Source: an uncultured Candidatus Rokubacteria bacterium (GTDB lineage: Bacteria > Methylomirabilota > Methylomirabilia > Rokubacteriales > CSP1-6). From it: a DNA stretch of 64,000 bases. Made by a program: the position numbers and the translations under genes. Numbering within the stretch: position 1 is the first letter of the stretch; every line of letters starts with the position of its first letter. The notes beneath the pieces were generated by a model. It had not been told where the DNA came from, did not search any database, and saw only the letters and a program-made list of their open reading frames with translations. Positions 33,090-44,483 of this stretch are shown here, in pieces. The stretch covers positions 256,001 to 320,000 of the forward strand of contig CAWBMV010000034.1 of NCBI GenBank assembly GCA_963789955.1. Direction: 5' to 3'.

Positions 33090-33593
33090 GTGTGCCGGGC
33101 GCCGCTGGCGCTCGCGCTCGGAGCCGTCATCGCGTTCACCGGGTGCGCGGGCCGGCGAATCGAGAACGGCGTCTATCACTCGGACAAGGGCTATCGCCTC
33201 ACCCTGCCCGGCCCCGACTGGTCCGTGGCCGCGGACAGCAAGGCCGACCTCGAGCTCAGGCACCAGGACGGGCTGGCGGCGATGCTCGCCAACGCCGAGT
33301 GCGACGATCGCGCGAAATCCCGGAGCGCCGGCTTGCTGCTCGGTCAGCTGTTGATCGGGCTGCATGACCGCGCGACCATCGAGCAGAACGAGGTCTCGGT
33401 GAACGGGCAGCAGGCTCTGCATCGGGTCCTGGACGGCCGGGTGGCCGCCGATGGCGCGCCGACGCGGATCGAGGCCTACGTGCTGAAGGATCAGGGCTGC
33501 GTCTACGACTTCGCCTACGCGGCGCCGCCGGCGTCGTTCGAGGCGTGGCGTGCCGACTTTCGCCGGTTCGTCGAGAGCTTCGCCAAGGAGTGA
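33090..33593 (+). CDS. Hypothetical lipoprotein
   Basis: Hydrophobic leader with FTGC lipobox; fills the gap between hisIE and mlaE. Confidence 0.65.
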   Translation: MCRAPLALALGAVIAFTGCAGRRIENGVYHSDKGYRLTLPGPDWSVAADSKADLELRHQDGLAAMLANAECDDRAKSRSAGLLLGQLLIGLHDRATIEQNEVSVNGQQALHRVLDGRVAADGAPTRIEAYVLKDQGCVYDFAYAAPPASFEAWRADFRRFVESFAKE

Positions 33594-33600
33594 GCGGATC

Positions 33601-34362
33601 GTGGAAGGCTATCTGAGACGAACCGTGGTCTGGTACGGCGGGGTCGGCCTGCTGACCCAGCAAGTCTTTCGGAGTCTCGCGCTCCCGCCGAAGTACTTCC
33701 GTCTGATCGTCCAGGAGATCGAGGTGATGGGCGTGCGCTCGCTGGGCGTCGCGATGACGGCCGCCGTCTTCACCGGCATGGTCTTCACGATCCAGAGCGC
33801 GGTCAACATGGGCCGCTTCGGCGCGGAGAGCTACGTGGGCCCGGTCGCCGCGCTGGCGATATTGCGAGAGCTCGGCCCCGTCCTGACCGCGATCCTCGTG
33901 GGCGGCAAGGTCGCGTCCGGCATCACGGCCGAGCTCGGCTCGATGAAGGTGACCGAGCAGATCGACGCGCTCCGGACGCTCGGCGTGAACTACATCAAGC
34001 GCCTCGTCGTCCCTCGCGTGCTGGCCGCGCTCGTCGTGTTCCCGCTGCTGACCGTGCTGGCCGACGCGGTCGGCGTGCTCGGCGGTATGCTGATCATGTT
34101 CCTGGAGCGCGGCGCCGACATGTACGGCTACTGGAACGTCACGACCTATTGGGTGGTGCCGAAGGACTTCCTGACCGGCGTCGGCAAATCCGTGTTCTTC
34201 GGGGTCATCGTGACGCTCATCGGCTGCTACAACGGTCTCAGCACGGAAGGGGGCACCGAAGGGCTCGGCCGGGCGACGACGGCCACGGTCGTCCACGTGA
34301 CCATGGGGGTCATCGTGTCCGATTTCTTCATCACCAAGCTGTTCCTGACGCTTTTCTACTGA
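33601..34362 (+). CDS. mlaE: MlaE-family ABC permease (start approximate)
   Basis: RELGPVLTA, AELGSMKVTEQIDAL, GGTEGLGRATT. Confidence 0.92.
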   Translation: MEGYLRRTVVWYGGVGLLTQQVFRSLALPPKYFRLIVQEIEVMGVRSLGVAMTAAVFTGMVFTIQSAVNMGRFGAESYVGPVAALAILRELGPVLTAILVGGKVASGITAELGSMKVTEQIDALRTLGVNYIKRLVVPRVLAALVVFPLLTVLADAVGVLGGMLIMFLERGADMYGYWNVTTYWVVPKDFLTGVGKSVFFGVIVTLIGCYNGLSTEGGTEGLGRATTATVVHVTMGVIVSDFFITKLFLTLFY

Positions 34363-35141
34363 TGGCCGTGCCGGAGCCGATCGTCGAGGCCGAGGACCTG
34401 AGAAAGAACTTCGACACGAACCCGGTCCTGCGCGGCGTGTCGTTCGTGCTCGCCAAGGGCGAGACCCTGGTCGTCATGGGCGGCAGCGGCGCCGGCAAGA
34501 CGGTCCTCCTCCGTCTGGTCGCGGGCCTGATCCGTCCCGACGGCGGGTCGCTTCGCGTCTTCGGGCGCAACATCGAGAACCTCTCGGAGGAAGCCTTGCT
34601 CCCGCTGCGGCGCCGGATGGGGTACGTGTTCCAGAGCGCGGCGCTCTTCGATTCGCTGTCCGTTTACGAGAACGTCGCGTATCCTCTTCGCGAGCACACC
34701 AGCCTCGGGGAGGCGGAGATCGACGAGCGTGTCGTTCGGAACCTGTCGGTCGTGGGCCTCTCGAGCGACGTCCTGCCGCTCTTGCCGTCCGAGCTCTCGG
34801 GCGGCATGCGCAAGCGCGTCGGGATCGCCCGCGCCCTCTCGGTCGAGCCGGAGATGCTCTTGTTCGACGAGCCGACCGGCCGGGCTCGATCCGACGAACT
34901 CCAAGCTGGTCGCCGACCTGATGCTCGAGAGCTGCGCGGCGGCGTGTGCGACACGGCGATGGTGGTCACCCACGACGTCGAGCTGGCCCGGACGGTCGCC
35001 GACCGCGTGGCGGTGCTCATCAAGGGACGCTTCGAGGCCCTGGGCCCGGCCGACGAGGTCCTGAGCGGTCACAACCCGGCCGTCCAGGCCTTCCTGGCCG
35101 GGAGCAATGTCGCGCGAGCTGCCGGCGGGGCGGGCCGGTGA
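34362..35141 (+). CDS. mlaF: MlaF-family ABC ATP-binding protein (frameshifts near 34880 and 34925)
   Basis: GGSGAGKT, FQSAALFDSL, LSGGMRKRVGIARA, DEPT, VVTHD. Confidence 0.88.
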   Translation: MAVPEPIVEAEDLRKNFDTNPVLRGVSFVLAKGETLVVMGGSGAGKTVLLRLVAGLIRPDGGSLRVFGRNIENLSEEALLPLRRRMGYVFQSAALFDSLSVYENVAYPLREHTSLGEAEIDERVVRNLSVVGLSSDVLPLLPSELSGGMRKRVGIARALSVEPEMLLFDEPTGRARSDELQAGRRPDARELRGGVCDTAMVVTHDVELARTVADRVAVLIKGRFEALGPADEVLSGHNPAVQAFLAGSNVARAAGGAGR

Positions 35142-35151
35142 TCGAGAGTCG

Positions 35152-36342
35152 ATGAGCGAGAAGCGCGAGACCGCGGTGAAGTTTCGAGTGGGACTCTTCG
35201 TCCTGCTGGCCCTCGCGACGTTTCTGGGAGGCGTCTACGCGCTCGGCGCGCGGGCGCGGCTGTTCGAGGCACGCTACACGATCCACGCCGACTTCACCGA
35301 GGTCGGCGGCCTCGTCGAGGGCGCGACGGTCCGCCTCGCCGGCGTGCAGATCGGCCGGGTCAGCGCGGTGAACCTTCCCCCGCAGCCCGGAGGCAAGGTC
35401 CGGGTCGACCTCACCATCGGCCGGCGATTCTCCGATCGGATCCGCAAGAACTCGGTCGCGCGCATCGAGACCCAGGGATTGCTCGGCGACCGAATCGTCG
35501 AGATCACCGTCGGCGACGCGAGCGCGCCGCCGGTGGCGCCGGGCGAGGTGCTGGCCTCGCGCGATCCGGCCGACTTCGGGCGGGTGATCGCCGCCGGCGC
35601 CGAGACGGCCAAGAACGTCGCGGCCCTGGCCGATGCGCTGCGCGAGACGGCGGACCAGATCAACAAGTCGAAGATGATCGAGGATGCCGCGAGCACGGTG
35701 AACAAGCTCGGACGCGTGGTCGATCAGGTCGAGCGCGGCCGCGGATGGGCCCATACGCTCCTCTACGAGGAGCCGATCGCGCTGCGCCGGGTCAACGAGC
35801 TGATCGCGACGACGCAGACCTTGGTCGAGCGGGTCGAGAAGGGCCAGGGCGCCGCGGGCGTGCTGGTGTCGCCCGAAAGCACCGCGTCCGCCAAGCGCTT
35901 CGTGGCCGCGATGGACCGGATCAGCGCGATGGTCGAGCAGCCGGACCGTGAGCAGGGGCTCCTGCCCGGACTCCTCTTCGATCCGAAGTACAAGGCGGTC
36001 CTCGACGATCTCCGCGTGGTCTCGCACAACCTGCGCGTGATCTCGGATCGCGTGGCCGGCGGCAAAGGCACTCTCGGGAGTCTGGTGGCCGACTCGGAAG
36101 ACGACGGGACCTTGTCGCTCACGATGCAGGATCTCCGGACTGCCGTCGCCAACCTCAAATCGATCAGCGAGAAGATCAACGAGGGCGAGGGCACGGTCGG
36201 GCTGCTGATCGCCGATCCCACGATCTACGAGCGCCTCGTCACGATTCTCGACGGCGCGCAACGGAGCTTTCTGTTGCGATCGATGATTCGCAGTCTGGGC
36301 GACAAGGGCACGAAGTCGAAAGATGACGACACGCGACGCTAG
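35152..36342 (+). CDS. mlaD: MCE/MlaD-family protein with long helical extension
   Basis: N-terminal TM; GGLVEGATVRLAGVQIGRV; ETQGLLGD; repeated GxGTxGxL segments. Confidence 0.88.
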   Translation: MSEKRETAVKFRVGLFVLLALATFLGGVYALGARARLFEARYTIHADFTEVGGLVEGATVRLAGVQIGRVSAVNLPPQPGGKVRVDLTIGRRFSDRIRKNSVARIETQGLLGDRIVEITVGDASAPPVAPGEVLASRDPADFGRVIAAGAETAKNVAALADALRETADQINKSKMIEDAASTVNKLGRVVDQVERGRGWAHTLLYEEPIALRRVNELIATTQTLVERVEKGQGAAGVLVSPESTASAKRFVAAMDRISAMVEQPDREQGLLPGLLFDPKYKAVLDDLRVVSHNLRVISDRVAGGKGTLGSLVADSEDDGTLSLTMQDLRTAVANLKSISEKINEGEGTVGLLIADPTIYERLVTILDGAQRSFLLRSMIRSLGDKGTKSKDDDTRR

Positions 36343-37690
36343 CGTCTACCGCTGCCAGGAATGCGGCTTCTCGAGCCCCAAGCCCGGCACCTGTCCGGAC
36401 TGCCGGCGCGCGGGCAACAACTGGGTGCAGCTCGTCGAGGAGCGGACGACCTCGTCGAAATCGTCGCGGCGGGCGAGCGTGGCGTCCGGCCGGCCGCGCG
36501 CGCTGAAAGAGATCTCGATGGAGCGCGACGATCGCGTCCGCACCGGGATCGGCGAGCTCGACCGCGTGCTCGGCGGCGGCGTCGTTCGCGATTCGCTCGT
36601 GCTGATCGGGGGCGATCCCGGGATCGGCAAGAGCACGCTCCTGCTGCAAGCGGCCCGCGCGCTGGCGCAGGCCGCGCCGCCGGTGCTCTACGTCACCGCC
36701 GAGGAGTCGGCGGCGCAGGTGAAGATGCGCGCCGACCGGCTCGGCATCGCGACCGACGGGCTCCTGCTCTGGCCCGAGAACGACCTGTCGGTCGTCCAGG
36801 GGCATCTCGACGACGTGAAGCCGCGCGCGCTGATCATCGACTCGATCCAGACGGTGTTCTTGCCCGATCTGGAATCGGCGCCGGGCAGCGTCGCGCAGGT
36901 GCGCGAATGCGGCGCGCGCCTGATGACCCTGGCGAAGGGGCGCGGCATCGCGACGTTTCTCGTCGGCCACGTCACGAAGGAAGGCGCGCTGGCCGGGCCG
37001 CGCGTGCTCGAGCACCTGGTCGACACCGTCCTGTATTTCGAGGGCGAGCGTCATCACTCGTACCGCATCCTGCGGGCGGTGAAGAATCGCTTCGGCTCGA
37101 CGAACGAGATCGGCGTCTTCGAGATGGCGGAGGGCGGGCTGGTCGAGGTGACGAATCCCTCGGGCTTCTTCCTCGCCGAGCGTCCCCGTGAGGCGCCCGG
37201 CTCGGTCGTGGTCTCGAGCCTCGAGGGCACGCGGCCCGTGCTGCTCGAGCTCCAGGCGCTCGTCTCGCAGGCGTCCGTCGGCACGCCGCGGCGCACGGTG
37301 CTCGGCGCCGACTACAACCGCGTCTGCCTGCTCCTGGCAGTCCTCGAAAAGCGCGCGGGGGTTCCGCTCGGGAGCCAGGACGTGTACGTGAACGTCGCCG
37401 GCGGCGGCCGCGTCACCGAGCCGGCGGCCGACCTCGGCATCGTCGTCGCGGCGGCGTCGAGCTACATGGATCGCGTCGTGCCGCCGGACGTCCTCGTCGT
37501 GGGCGAAGTCGGGCTCACCGGCGAGGTTCGCGCGGTCGCGGGGCTCGAGCTCCGCCTGCGCGAGGCGGCGGCGCTCGGCTTTCGTCGGGCGATCGTGCCC
37601 CGGAGTAACGTGCTCGAGCCGACGAAGGTGTCGCTCGATATCCGCGGCGTGGCCACCGTCGGCGACGCCCTGACCGCGCTGCTCGGCTGA
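36323..37690 (+). CDS. radA: DNA repair protein RadA/Sms
   Basis: C4 zinc finger, GGDPGIGKST, KNRFG, Lon-like C-terminus. Confidence 0.97.
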   Translation: MTTRDASVYRCQECGFSSPKPGTCPDCRRAGNNWVQLVEERTTSSKSSRRASVASGRPRALKEISMERDDRVRTGIGELDRVLGGGVVRDSLVLIGGDPGIGKSTLLLQAARALAQAAPPVLYVTAEESAAQVKMRADRLGIATDGLLLWPENDLSVVQGHLDDVKPRALIIDSIQTVFLPDLESAPGSVAQVRECGARLMTLAKGRGIATFLVGHVTKEGALAGPRVLEHLVDTVLYFEGERHHSYRILRAVKNRFGSTNEIGVFEMAEGGLVEVTNPSGFFLAERPREAPGSVVVSSLEGTRPVLLELQALVSQASVGTPRRTVLGADYNRVCLLLAVLEKRAGVPLGSQDVYVNVAGGGRVTEPAADLGIVVAAASSYMDRVVPPDVLVVGEVGLTGEVRAVAGLELRLREAAALGFRRAIVPRSNVLEPTKVSLDIRGVATVGDALTALLG

Positions 37691-37697
37691 ACGCGCT

Positions 37698-37749
37698 GTG
37701 CGCGCTGCAGGCCGTCGCGGGGCTGGGGCCCCGCCGGCCGAGGCGCGCC
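37698..37749 (-). repeat. REP-like hairpin repeat, copy 4 (reverse orientation)
   Basis: Exact reverse complement of 25416-25467. Confidence 0.88.
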
Positions 37750-37765
37750 GAAAAAAGGGATAGTA

Positions 37766-38464
37766 ATGCCGGAAAAGACGAAGGCTCCGAAGCTGGCGGT
37801 CGTCATCCCGGCGGGCGGTGTCGGGACACGCTTCGGTGGCCGTCTCCCGAAACAGTTCATCAAGCTCGGACGCGCGCCGATCCTGGCGGAGACGGTCGGC
37901 CACTTCACGCGACATCCGGCCGTGATCGCGGTCGTCGTCGCCGCGCCCGAGATCCACGTGGAGCGCACGCGCCGCGCGCTGGCGCGGGTGACGCGTCGCG
38001 CGCCCGTGACGGTGGTTCAGGGCGGCGGGATGCGCCAGGACTCCGTGTGGCTCGCGCTGCGGGCGGTTCCCGGCCACGCGGACATCATCATCGTCCACGA
38101 CGCCGTCCGGCCGCTGATCACGCGCGGCCTCATCGACGCCGTCGTGGGGGCGGTGGCCGAGTCGGGCGCGGCCATCTGCGCCCTGCCCATCACCGAGACC
38201 ATCAAGCGTGTGCGCCAGGACGTGGTCGAGACGACGCTCGACCGCTCGGAGCTGTGGGCGGTGCAGACGCCTCAGGCCTTCCGCGCCGCTCTGCTCCGCG
38301 AGGCGCACGAGAAGGCGCGCCGGGACGGCGTGGTCGGTACCGACGACGCGATGCTGGTCGAGCGGCTCGGCCACCAGGTGCGCGTGGTGCGGGGGCTCGT
38401 CGAGAACGTGAAGATCACGACACCCGAGGACCTGCGCCGGGCGCGCCGAGCGTGGGCCCGGTGA
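37766..38464 (+). CDS. ispD: MEP cytidylyltransferase
   Basis: [46 protein letters not shown]. Confidence 0.95.
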   Translation: MPEKTKAPKLAVVIPAGGVGTRFGGRLPKQFIKLGRAPILAETVGHFTRHPAVIAVVVAAPEIHVERTRRALARVTRRAPVTVVQGGGMRQDSVWLALRAVPGHADIIIVHDAVRPLITRGLIDAVVGAVAESGAAICALPITETIKRVRQDVVETTLDRSELWAVQTPQAFRAALLREAHEKARRDGVVGTDDAMLVERLGHQVRVVRGLVENVKITTPEDLRRARRAWAR

Positions 38465-38940
38465 CCCGCGTCGGCTTCGGATTCGACCTCCACCCGCTCG
38501 CCCACGGTCGACCGCTCGTGCTGGGCGGAGTTACGGTAGACTTCGACCGCGGGCTCGCCGGGCACTCGGACGCCGACGTGCTGTCGCATGCGGTCGGCGA
38601 GGCCCTGCTCGGCGCCCTGGCGCTGGGCGACCTCGGTCGACATTTTCCCGACACCGATCCGCGCTATCGAGGCATCTCAAGCCTGCGGCTCCTCCGGAAC
38701 GTGGTCGAGCTGGTGACCGCGCAGGGGGGGCGGCTCGTCAACGTGGACGCGACCGTGCTCGCCCAGGCTCCGCGTCTGGCGCCGCTGCTGCCGGAGATGG
38801 CCAAGCGGCTGGCCGAGACGCTCGGGCTCGAGGTCGGTCGCGTGAGCGTGAAGGCGAAGAGCCCCGAAGGACTCGGCCTCGTGGGCAGGCAAGAAGGCAT
38901 GGCGGCGATGGCGGTGGTCAGCGTCGAGGTGAGTGCATGA
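38461..38940 (+). CDS. ispF: MECDP synthase
   Basis: [25 protein letters not shown]. Confidence 0.95.
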   Translation: MTRVGFGFDLHPLAHGRPLVLGGVTVDFDRGLAGHSDADVLSHAVGEALLGALALGDLGRHFPDTDPRYRGISSLRLLRNVVELVTAQGGRLVNVDATVLAQAPRLAPLLPEMAKRLAETLGLEVGRVSVKAKSPEGLGLVGRQEGMAAMAVVSVEVSA

Positions 38941-40328
38941 TCCGGATCTCCAACACGATGACGCGGACGAAGGAGGAATTCGTTCCGCTGACGCCGGGTG
39001 AAGTCCGCATGTACGTGTGCGGAGTCACCATCGTACGACTACTCGCACATCGGGCACGCGCGGAGCGCGATGGTCTTCGACGTGATCCGCCGCTACCTCA
39101 CCTTCAGGGGCTATCGGGTCACGTTCGTGAAGAACTACACGGACGTCGACGATCGCATCATCAAGCGCGCCAACGATTCCGGCGTGACCGCTCGGGAATT
39201 CGCCGAGCGCTTCATCACCGCCGAGCGCGAGGACATGGCCTCGCTCGGAGTCCTGGCCCCCGACATCGACCCGAAGGCGACCGAGCACGTGCCCGAGATG
39301 ATCGAGCTCATCGGGCGCCTGGTCGCCGGCGGCCACGCCTATCCCGTCGAGGGCGACGTCTACTTCGCGATCAGCAGCTTCGCGCCGTACGGGCGGCTCT
39401 CGGGCAAGAACCTCGACGATCTGCTCGCGGGCGCCCGCGTCGAGGTGGACGAGCGCAAGCGCGATCCCCGTGATTTCGCGCTCTGGAAGGGCGCGAAGCC
39501 GGGCGAGCCCTCGTGGGACAGTCCGTGGGGACCGGGCCGGCCGGGGTGGCACATCGAGTGTTCCGCGATGGCGATGAAATACCTGGGAGTCTCGTTCGAT
39601 CTCCACGGCGGCGGCGAGGACCTGATCTTCCCGCACCACGAGTGCGAGATCGCCCAGGCCGAAGCCTGCACGGGCAAGCCGTTCGCCCGCTACTGGGTGC
39701 ACAACGGCATGGTCAACATGGGCAAGGAGAAGATGTCGAAGTCGCTCGGCAACACCTTGAGCATCCGGGAGATCGTCAAGCGGCACAGTCCCGACACGCT
39801 CAGGCTCTGGATGCTCGGGACTCACTACCGGAACATGATCGAGTGGTCCGAGGAGCGCGTCGAGGAGAGCAAACGCGCGCTCGAGCGCCTGACGCGCTTG
39901 CTTCACGACGCGGCCGCCGTGCGCGACGGCGGCGCCCGGCGGCGTTGCCACCGGCATTCGCGGAGTTCCGCCCGCGCTTCGAGAAGGCGATGGACGACGA
40001 CTTCAACACGCCGCAGGCGCTCGGCGTGCTCTTCGATTTCGGCCGAGCGCTGGCCGACGCGCGCGACCGGGGTACCGGCACTTCCGGCGCGTTCGTCGCG
40101 GGCGTCGACGAGCTGGTCCAGCTCTCGCGCGTGCTCGGGCTCTTCGGCCGTGGCGCCGCGATGGACGGGCCGCCGGCGGAAGTCCAGCAGCTGCTCACCG
40201 CGCGCGGCGAGGCGCGGGCGCGCCGTGATTTCAAGCGCGGGGACGAGATCCGCGACGAGATCGCGCGGCTCGGCTGGCTCGTCGAGGACACGCCGGCCGG
40301 TCCGCGCCTGACCCCGAAGGGGCGGTAG
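38937..40328 (+). CDS. cysS: Cysteine-tRNA ligase (frameshifts near 39030 and 39940)
   Basis: [36 protein letters not shown]. Confidence 0.94.
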
Positions 40329-41101
40329 TGACCGAAGGCCGTATCTACGGCCGGAATCCCGTGCTCGAGCTGCTCCGCGCGGACGGACGCCGTGCCGACG
40401 AGATCGCCGTGCTCGCGGGTGCCCACGGTCCGCTCGCCGAGATCGTCGCGCTCGCGCGTCGCGCGGGTGTCAAGGTCTCGTACCGCACGCGCGAGCAGCT
40501 GACGGCGATCGCCGGCTCCGACCGCCACCAGGGAGTCGTCGCGCGTGTCGCGTCGGCGGCGTACGTCGATCTGGGGGCGCTGCTCGAGATCCCGGCGTCA
40601 CGCGGCGAGCCGGCCTTCTTCGTGGCGCTCGATCAGGTGCAGGATCCCCGGAACTTCGGCGCGGTTCTCAGGACCGCCGAGGTGTTCGGCGCCCATGGCG
40701 TGATCGTCCCCAAGCACCACCAGGTCGGCCTCACCGATGCCGCGGCTCGCGCCGCCATGGGGGCGGTCGAGCACCTGCCCGTCGCCCGCGAGACCAATCT
40801 CGTGAATGCGCTGGAAATAGTGAAGAAATCTGGTATCTGGGTTTACGGTGGGGTCGCGGGCGCGGGCGTTCCGGTGTGGGGTGCGGACCTGACCGGCCCG
40901 CTCTGCCTGGTTCTGGGGAGCGAAGGCGGGGGGCTCAGACCGCTGGTCGCGCAGGCCTGCGATGTGCTGGTCACCATCCCGATGCGGGGAAAGATCGGCT
41001 CGCTGAACGTCGCGGCCGCCGGCGCAGTTCTCTGCTATGAGGTCGCGAGACAGCGAGGCGCCGCGGGCAAAGTGCTTGACTTATCTAAAAGTCAAGCCTA
41101 A
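40328..41101 (+). CDS. rlmB: 23S rRNA Gm2251 methyltransferase (TrmH family)
   Basis: YGRNPV, HQGVVA, DQVQDPRNFGA, GSEG, SLNV. Confidence 0.92.
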   Translation: MTEGRIYGRNPVLELLRADGRRADEIAVLAGAHGPLAEIVALARRAGVKVSYRTREQLTAIAGSDRHQGVVARVASAAYVDLGALLEIPASRGEPAFFVALDQVQDPRNFGAVLRTAEVFGAHGVIVPKHHQVGLTDAAARAAMGAVEHLPVARETNLVNALEIVKKSGIWVYGGVAGAGVPVWGADLTGPLCLVLGSEGGGLRPLVAQACDVLVTIPMRGKIGSLNVAAAGAVLCYEVARQRGAAGKVLDLSKSQA

Positions 41102-41104
41102 TGT
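41074..41104 (+). promoter_or_regulatory. Sigma70 promoter for tRNA-tuf operon, overlapped by a 9-bp inverted repeat
   Basis: TTGACT-17 nt-TAATGT; GCTTGACTT-N6-AAGTCAAGC. Confidence 0.7.
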
Positions 41105-41118
41105 GACCTTTTGTCTGT

Positions 41119-41193
41119 GCTGGCGTAGCTCAGGGGCAGAGCAACTGCCTTGTAAGCAGTGGGTCGGGGGTTCAAATCCTCCCGCCAGCGCCA
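41119..41193 (+). tRNA. tRNA-Thr(TGT)
   Basis: GCTGGCG/CGCCAGC acceptor, ACTGC-CTTGTAA-GCAGT anticodon arm, TTCAAAT loop, CCA. Confidence 0.93.
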
Positions 41194-41231
41194 GCTTTTT
41201 CGAGGAGTTGCCAGGTGCGGCCGGCGGATTC

Positions 41232-41317
41232 GGGGAGGTACCCAAGTGGCCAAAGGGGGCAGACTGTAAATCTGCTGGCGTACGCCTTCGGGGGTTCAAA
41301 TCCTCCCCTCCCCACCA
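41232..41317 (+). tRNA. tRNA-Tyr(GTA)
   Basis: GCAGA-CTGTAAA-TCTGC anticodon arm, long variable arm, CCA. Confidence 0.95.
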
Positions 41318-41380
41318 TTGTAGCGGGTGCCTTCGAGGCCGGATCTCACCGAGGGTGGGCTGAGAAAGGTGCGGCTGCGA

Positions 41381-41561
41381 GAGGCACGCGCGCTTACGCG
41401 GTTTAAGGCGTGCGCGTTCGCGTGGAGGTATGCGCGCTACGCGGTTTGACGGCGGTTTCGCGTGAGGCATGCGCGGTTCTGCGGTTGAGGCGTGCGCGGT
41501 TCCGCGGTTGAGAAAGGTGTACGTGGCTCTGCAGTTCAGACAGGCGCACGGGGTTCTGCTT
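41381..41561 (+). repeat. Degenerate ~23-bp tandem repeat (about 8 units) in tRNA spacer
   Basis: Consensus approx. GAGGCRTGCGCGGTTCYGCGGTT. Confidence 0.65.
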
Positions 41562-41565
41562 GCGG

Positions 41566-41640
41566 GCGGGAATAGCTCAGCGGTAGAGCGCCAGCCTTCC
41601 AAGCTGGGGGTCGCGGGTTCGAATCCCGTTTCCCGCTCCA
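41566..41640 (+). tRNA. tRNA-Gly(TCC)
   Basis: GCGGGAA acceptor, CCAGC-CTTCCAA-GCTGG, TTCGAAT, TCCA. Confidence 0.95.
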
Positions 41641-41654
41641 GGTCTCGCGTATGC

Positions 41655-41730
41655 GCCCATGTAGCTCAGTCGGCAGAGCGCGTCCTTGGTAAGGACGAGG
41701 TCTCCGGTTCAATCCCGGACATGGGCTCCA
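41655..41730 (+). tRNA. tRNA-Thr(GGT)
   Basis: GCCCATG acceptor, CGTCC-TTGGTAA-GGACG, TCCA. Confidence 0.95.
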
Positions 41731-41807
41731 GGATTCATCAGCGCGCCGCAGCAGGTGCGCGCACGACGTTGAGTGATATCGCTACCGCCAACGGGAGGGC
41801 GTGAGGA

Positions 41808-43001
<1,194 letters not shown>

Positions 43002-43004
43002 GCG

Positions 43005-43154
43005 ATGCGCGACATCATCTCGCTCGCGTGCTCGACGTGCCAGCGGCGGAACTACGCGACGACGAAGAATCGTCGGACGCACCCCGATCGCCTGGAGCTC
43101 AAGAAATATTGCAGGTGGTGCCGCAAGCACACACCGCACAGAGAGACCAAGTAG
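43005..43154 (+). CDS. rpmG: 50S ribosomal protein L33
   Basis: Manual translation [49 protein letters not shown]. Confidence 0.95.
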   Translation: MRDIISLACSTCQRRNYATTKNRRTHPDRLELKKYCRWCRKHTPHRETK

Positions 43155-43162
43155 CTCGGGAT

Positions 43163-43239
43163 AGGGGTGTAGCTCTAACGGCTAGAGCACCGGACTCCAA
43201 ATCCGGGGGATGGGGGTTCGAATCCCTCCACCCCTGCCA
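43163..43239 (+). tRNA. tRNA-Trp(CCA)
   Basis: AGGGGTG acceptor, CCGGA-CTCCAAA-TCCGG, GCCA end; usual rpmG-trnW-secE position. Confidence 0.95.
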
Positions 43240-43262
43240 TTGTTCGGCGGACTAGGGAGCAG

Positions 43263-43454
43263 ATGGATTTTCTGAAGCGCGCACAGGAGTTCGTCCGAGA
43301 GGTTGTGGCGGAGTTTCGCAAGGTGACGTGGCCCAGCCGCCAGGAGCTGATCAACTCCACGGTCGTCGTGATCACGGTGACCGTGGTGGTGTCGCTCTTC
43401 CTCGGGGCCGTGGACGTCGTGCTGGCGCGGATCGTCGAAAGGATTTTGCGATGA
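43263..43454 (+). CDS. secE: Preprotein translocase SecE
   Basis: EFRKVTWPSRQE plus single TM. Confidence 0.95.
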   Translation: MDFLKRAQEFVREVVAEFRKVTWPSRQELINSTVVVITVTVVVSLFLGAVDVVLARIVERILR

Positions 43455-44008
43455 GCGAGGACGCGGCGGCGGCGACCACGAACAAGCAGTGGTTCGTCGT
43501 CCACACGTATTCGGGATTCGAGAACAAGGTCAAGGAGGCGATCGAGTCGCGCGCGAAGATCTTCGGGATGTCCGAGCGGATCGCGCGCGTGCTCGTGCCG
43601 ACCGAGAAGGTGGTCGAGGTCCGCAACAAGCAGAAGCGCGAGACCGAGCAGAAGTTCTTCCCGGGCTACGTGCTGGTCGAGATGGAGCTGACGGACGACA
43701 CGTGGCACCTCGTGCGCTCGACGCCCAAGGTCACCGGGTTCGTCGGGTCGGGGTCGAAGCCGGTTGCGCTGCCGCACGACCAGGTCGACGACATCCTCCG
43801 GCAGATGGAGGCGGGCGCCGAGAAGCCCAAGCCCAAGTCGGTGTTCGCGCGCGGCGACAAGGTGCGCGTCATCGACGGACCGTTCGTCAACTTCCAGGGC
43901 GTGGTCGACGACATGAACCCCGAGCGCGGACGGATGAAGGTGGTCGTGCCGGTCTTCGGGCGGCCCACGTCCGTCGAGCTCGAGTACTACCAGGTGGAGC
44001 GGATCTGA
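43451..44008 (+). CDS. nusG: Transcription factor NusG
   Basis: WFVVHTYSGFENKV, FFPGYVLV, KOW VIDGPF. Confidence 0.97.
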   Translation: MSEDAAAATTNKQWFVVHTYSGFENKVKEAIESRAKIFGMSERIARVLVPTEKVVEVRNKQKRETEQKFFPGYVLVEMELTDDTWHLVRSTPKVTGFVGSGSKPVALPHDQVDDILRQMEAGAEKPKPKSVFARGDKVRVIDGPFVNFQGVVDDMNPERGRMKVVVPVFGRPTSVELEYYQVERI

Positions 44009-44036
44009 TGCGTGCGGCGGCGAATAGGATCTCGCG

Positions 44037-44456
44037 ATGAAGAAAGTCCAGGCGATCGTGAAGCTGCAGATCCCGGCCGGCAAGGCGAATCCGTCGCCGC
44101 CGGTGGGCCCGGCGCTCGGTCAGCACGGCGTCAACATCATGGAGTTCTGCAAGGGCTTCAACGCGCAGACCGGCGCGCAGGACGGATTGATCCTGCCGGT
44201 GGTGGTGACGATCTTCCAGGACCGGTCCTTCACGTTCATCGTGAAGACGCCGCCGGCCGCCGTGCTCTTGAAGCGCGCGGCGGGAATCGCGAAGGCGTCG
44301 GCCGTTCCGCACAAGGACAAGATCGGCAAGGTCACGCGCCAGCAGGTGCGCGACATCGCGCAGACCAAGCTCGTGGACCTCAACACGGACTCGATCGATT
44401 CCGCGATGCGGATCATCGAAGGCACCGCCCGCAGCATGGGCATCGATGTGGTCTAG
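44037..44456 (+). CDS. rplK: 50S ribosomal protein L11
   Basis: [23 protein letters not shown]. Confidence 0.98.
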   Translation: MKKVQAIVKLQIPAGKANPSPPVGPALGQHGVNIMEFCKGFNAQTGAQDGLILPVVVTIFQDRSFTFIVKTPPAAVLLKRAAGIAKASAVPHKDKIGKVTRQQVRDIAQTKLVDLNTDSIDSAMRIIEGTARSMGIDVV

Positions 44457-44483
44457 CGGGCCGCGCGACTAGAGGAGACATCC

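Noticed and set aside
41381..41561. Possible CRISPR array
   Set aside because: Units are contiguous and degenerate with no unique spacers, and no cas genes are present
41119..41730. tRNA cluster as an integration site for a prophage or island
   Set aside because: No duplicated tRNA 3' end or integrase; Thr-Tyr-Gly-Thr-tuf is the standard arrangement
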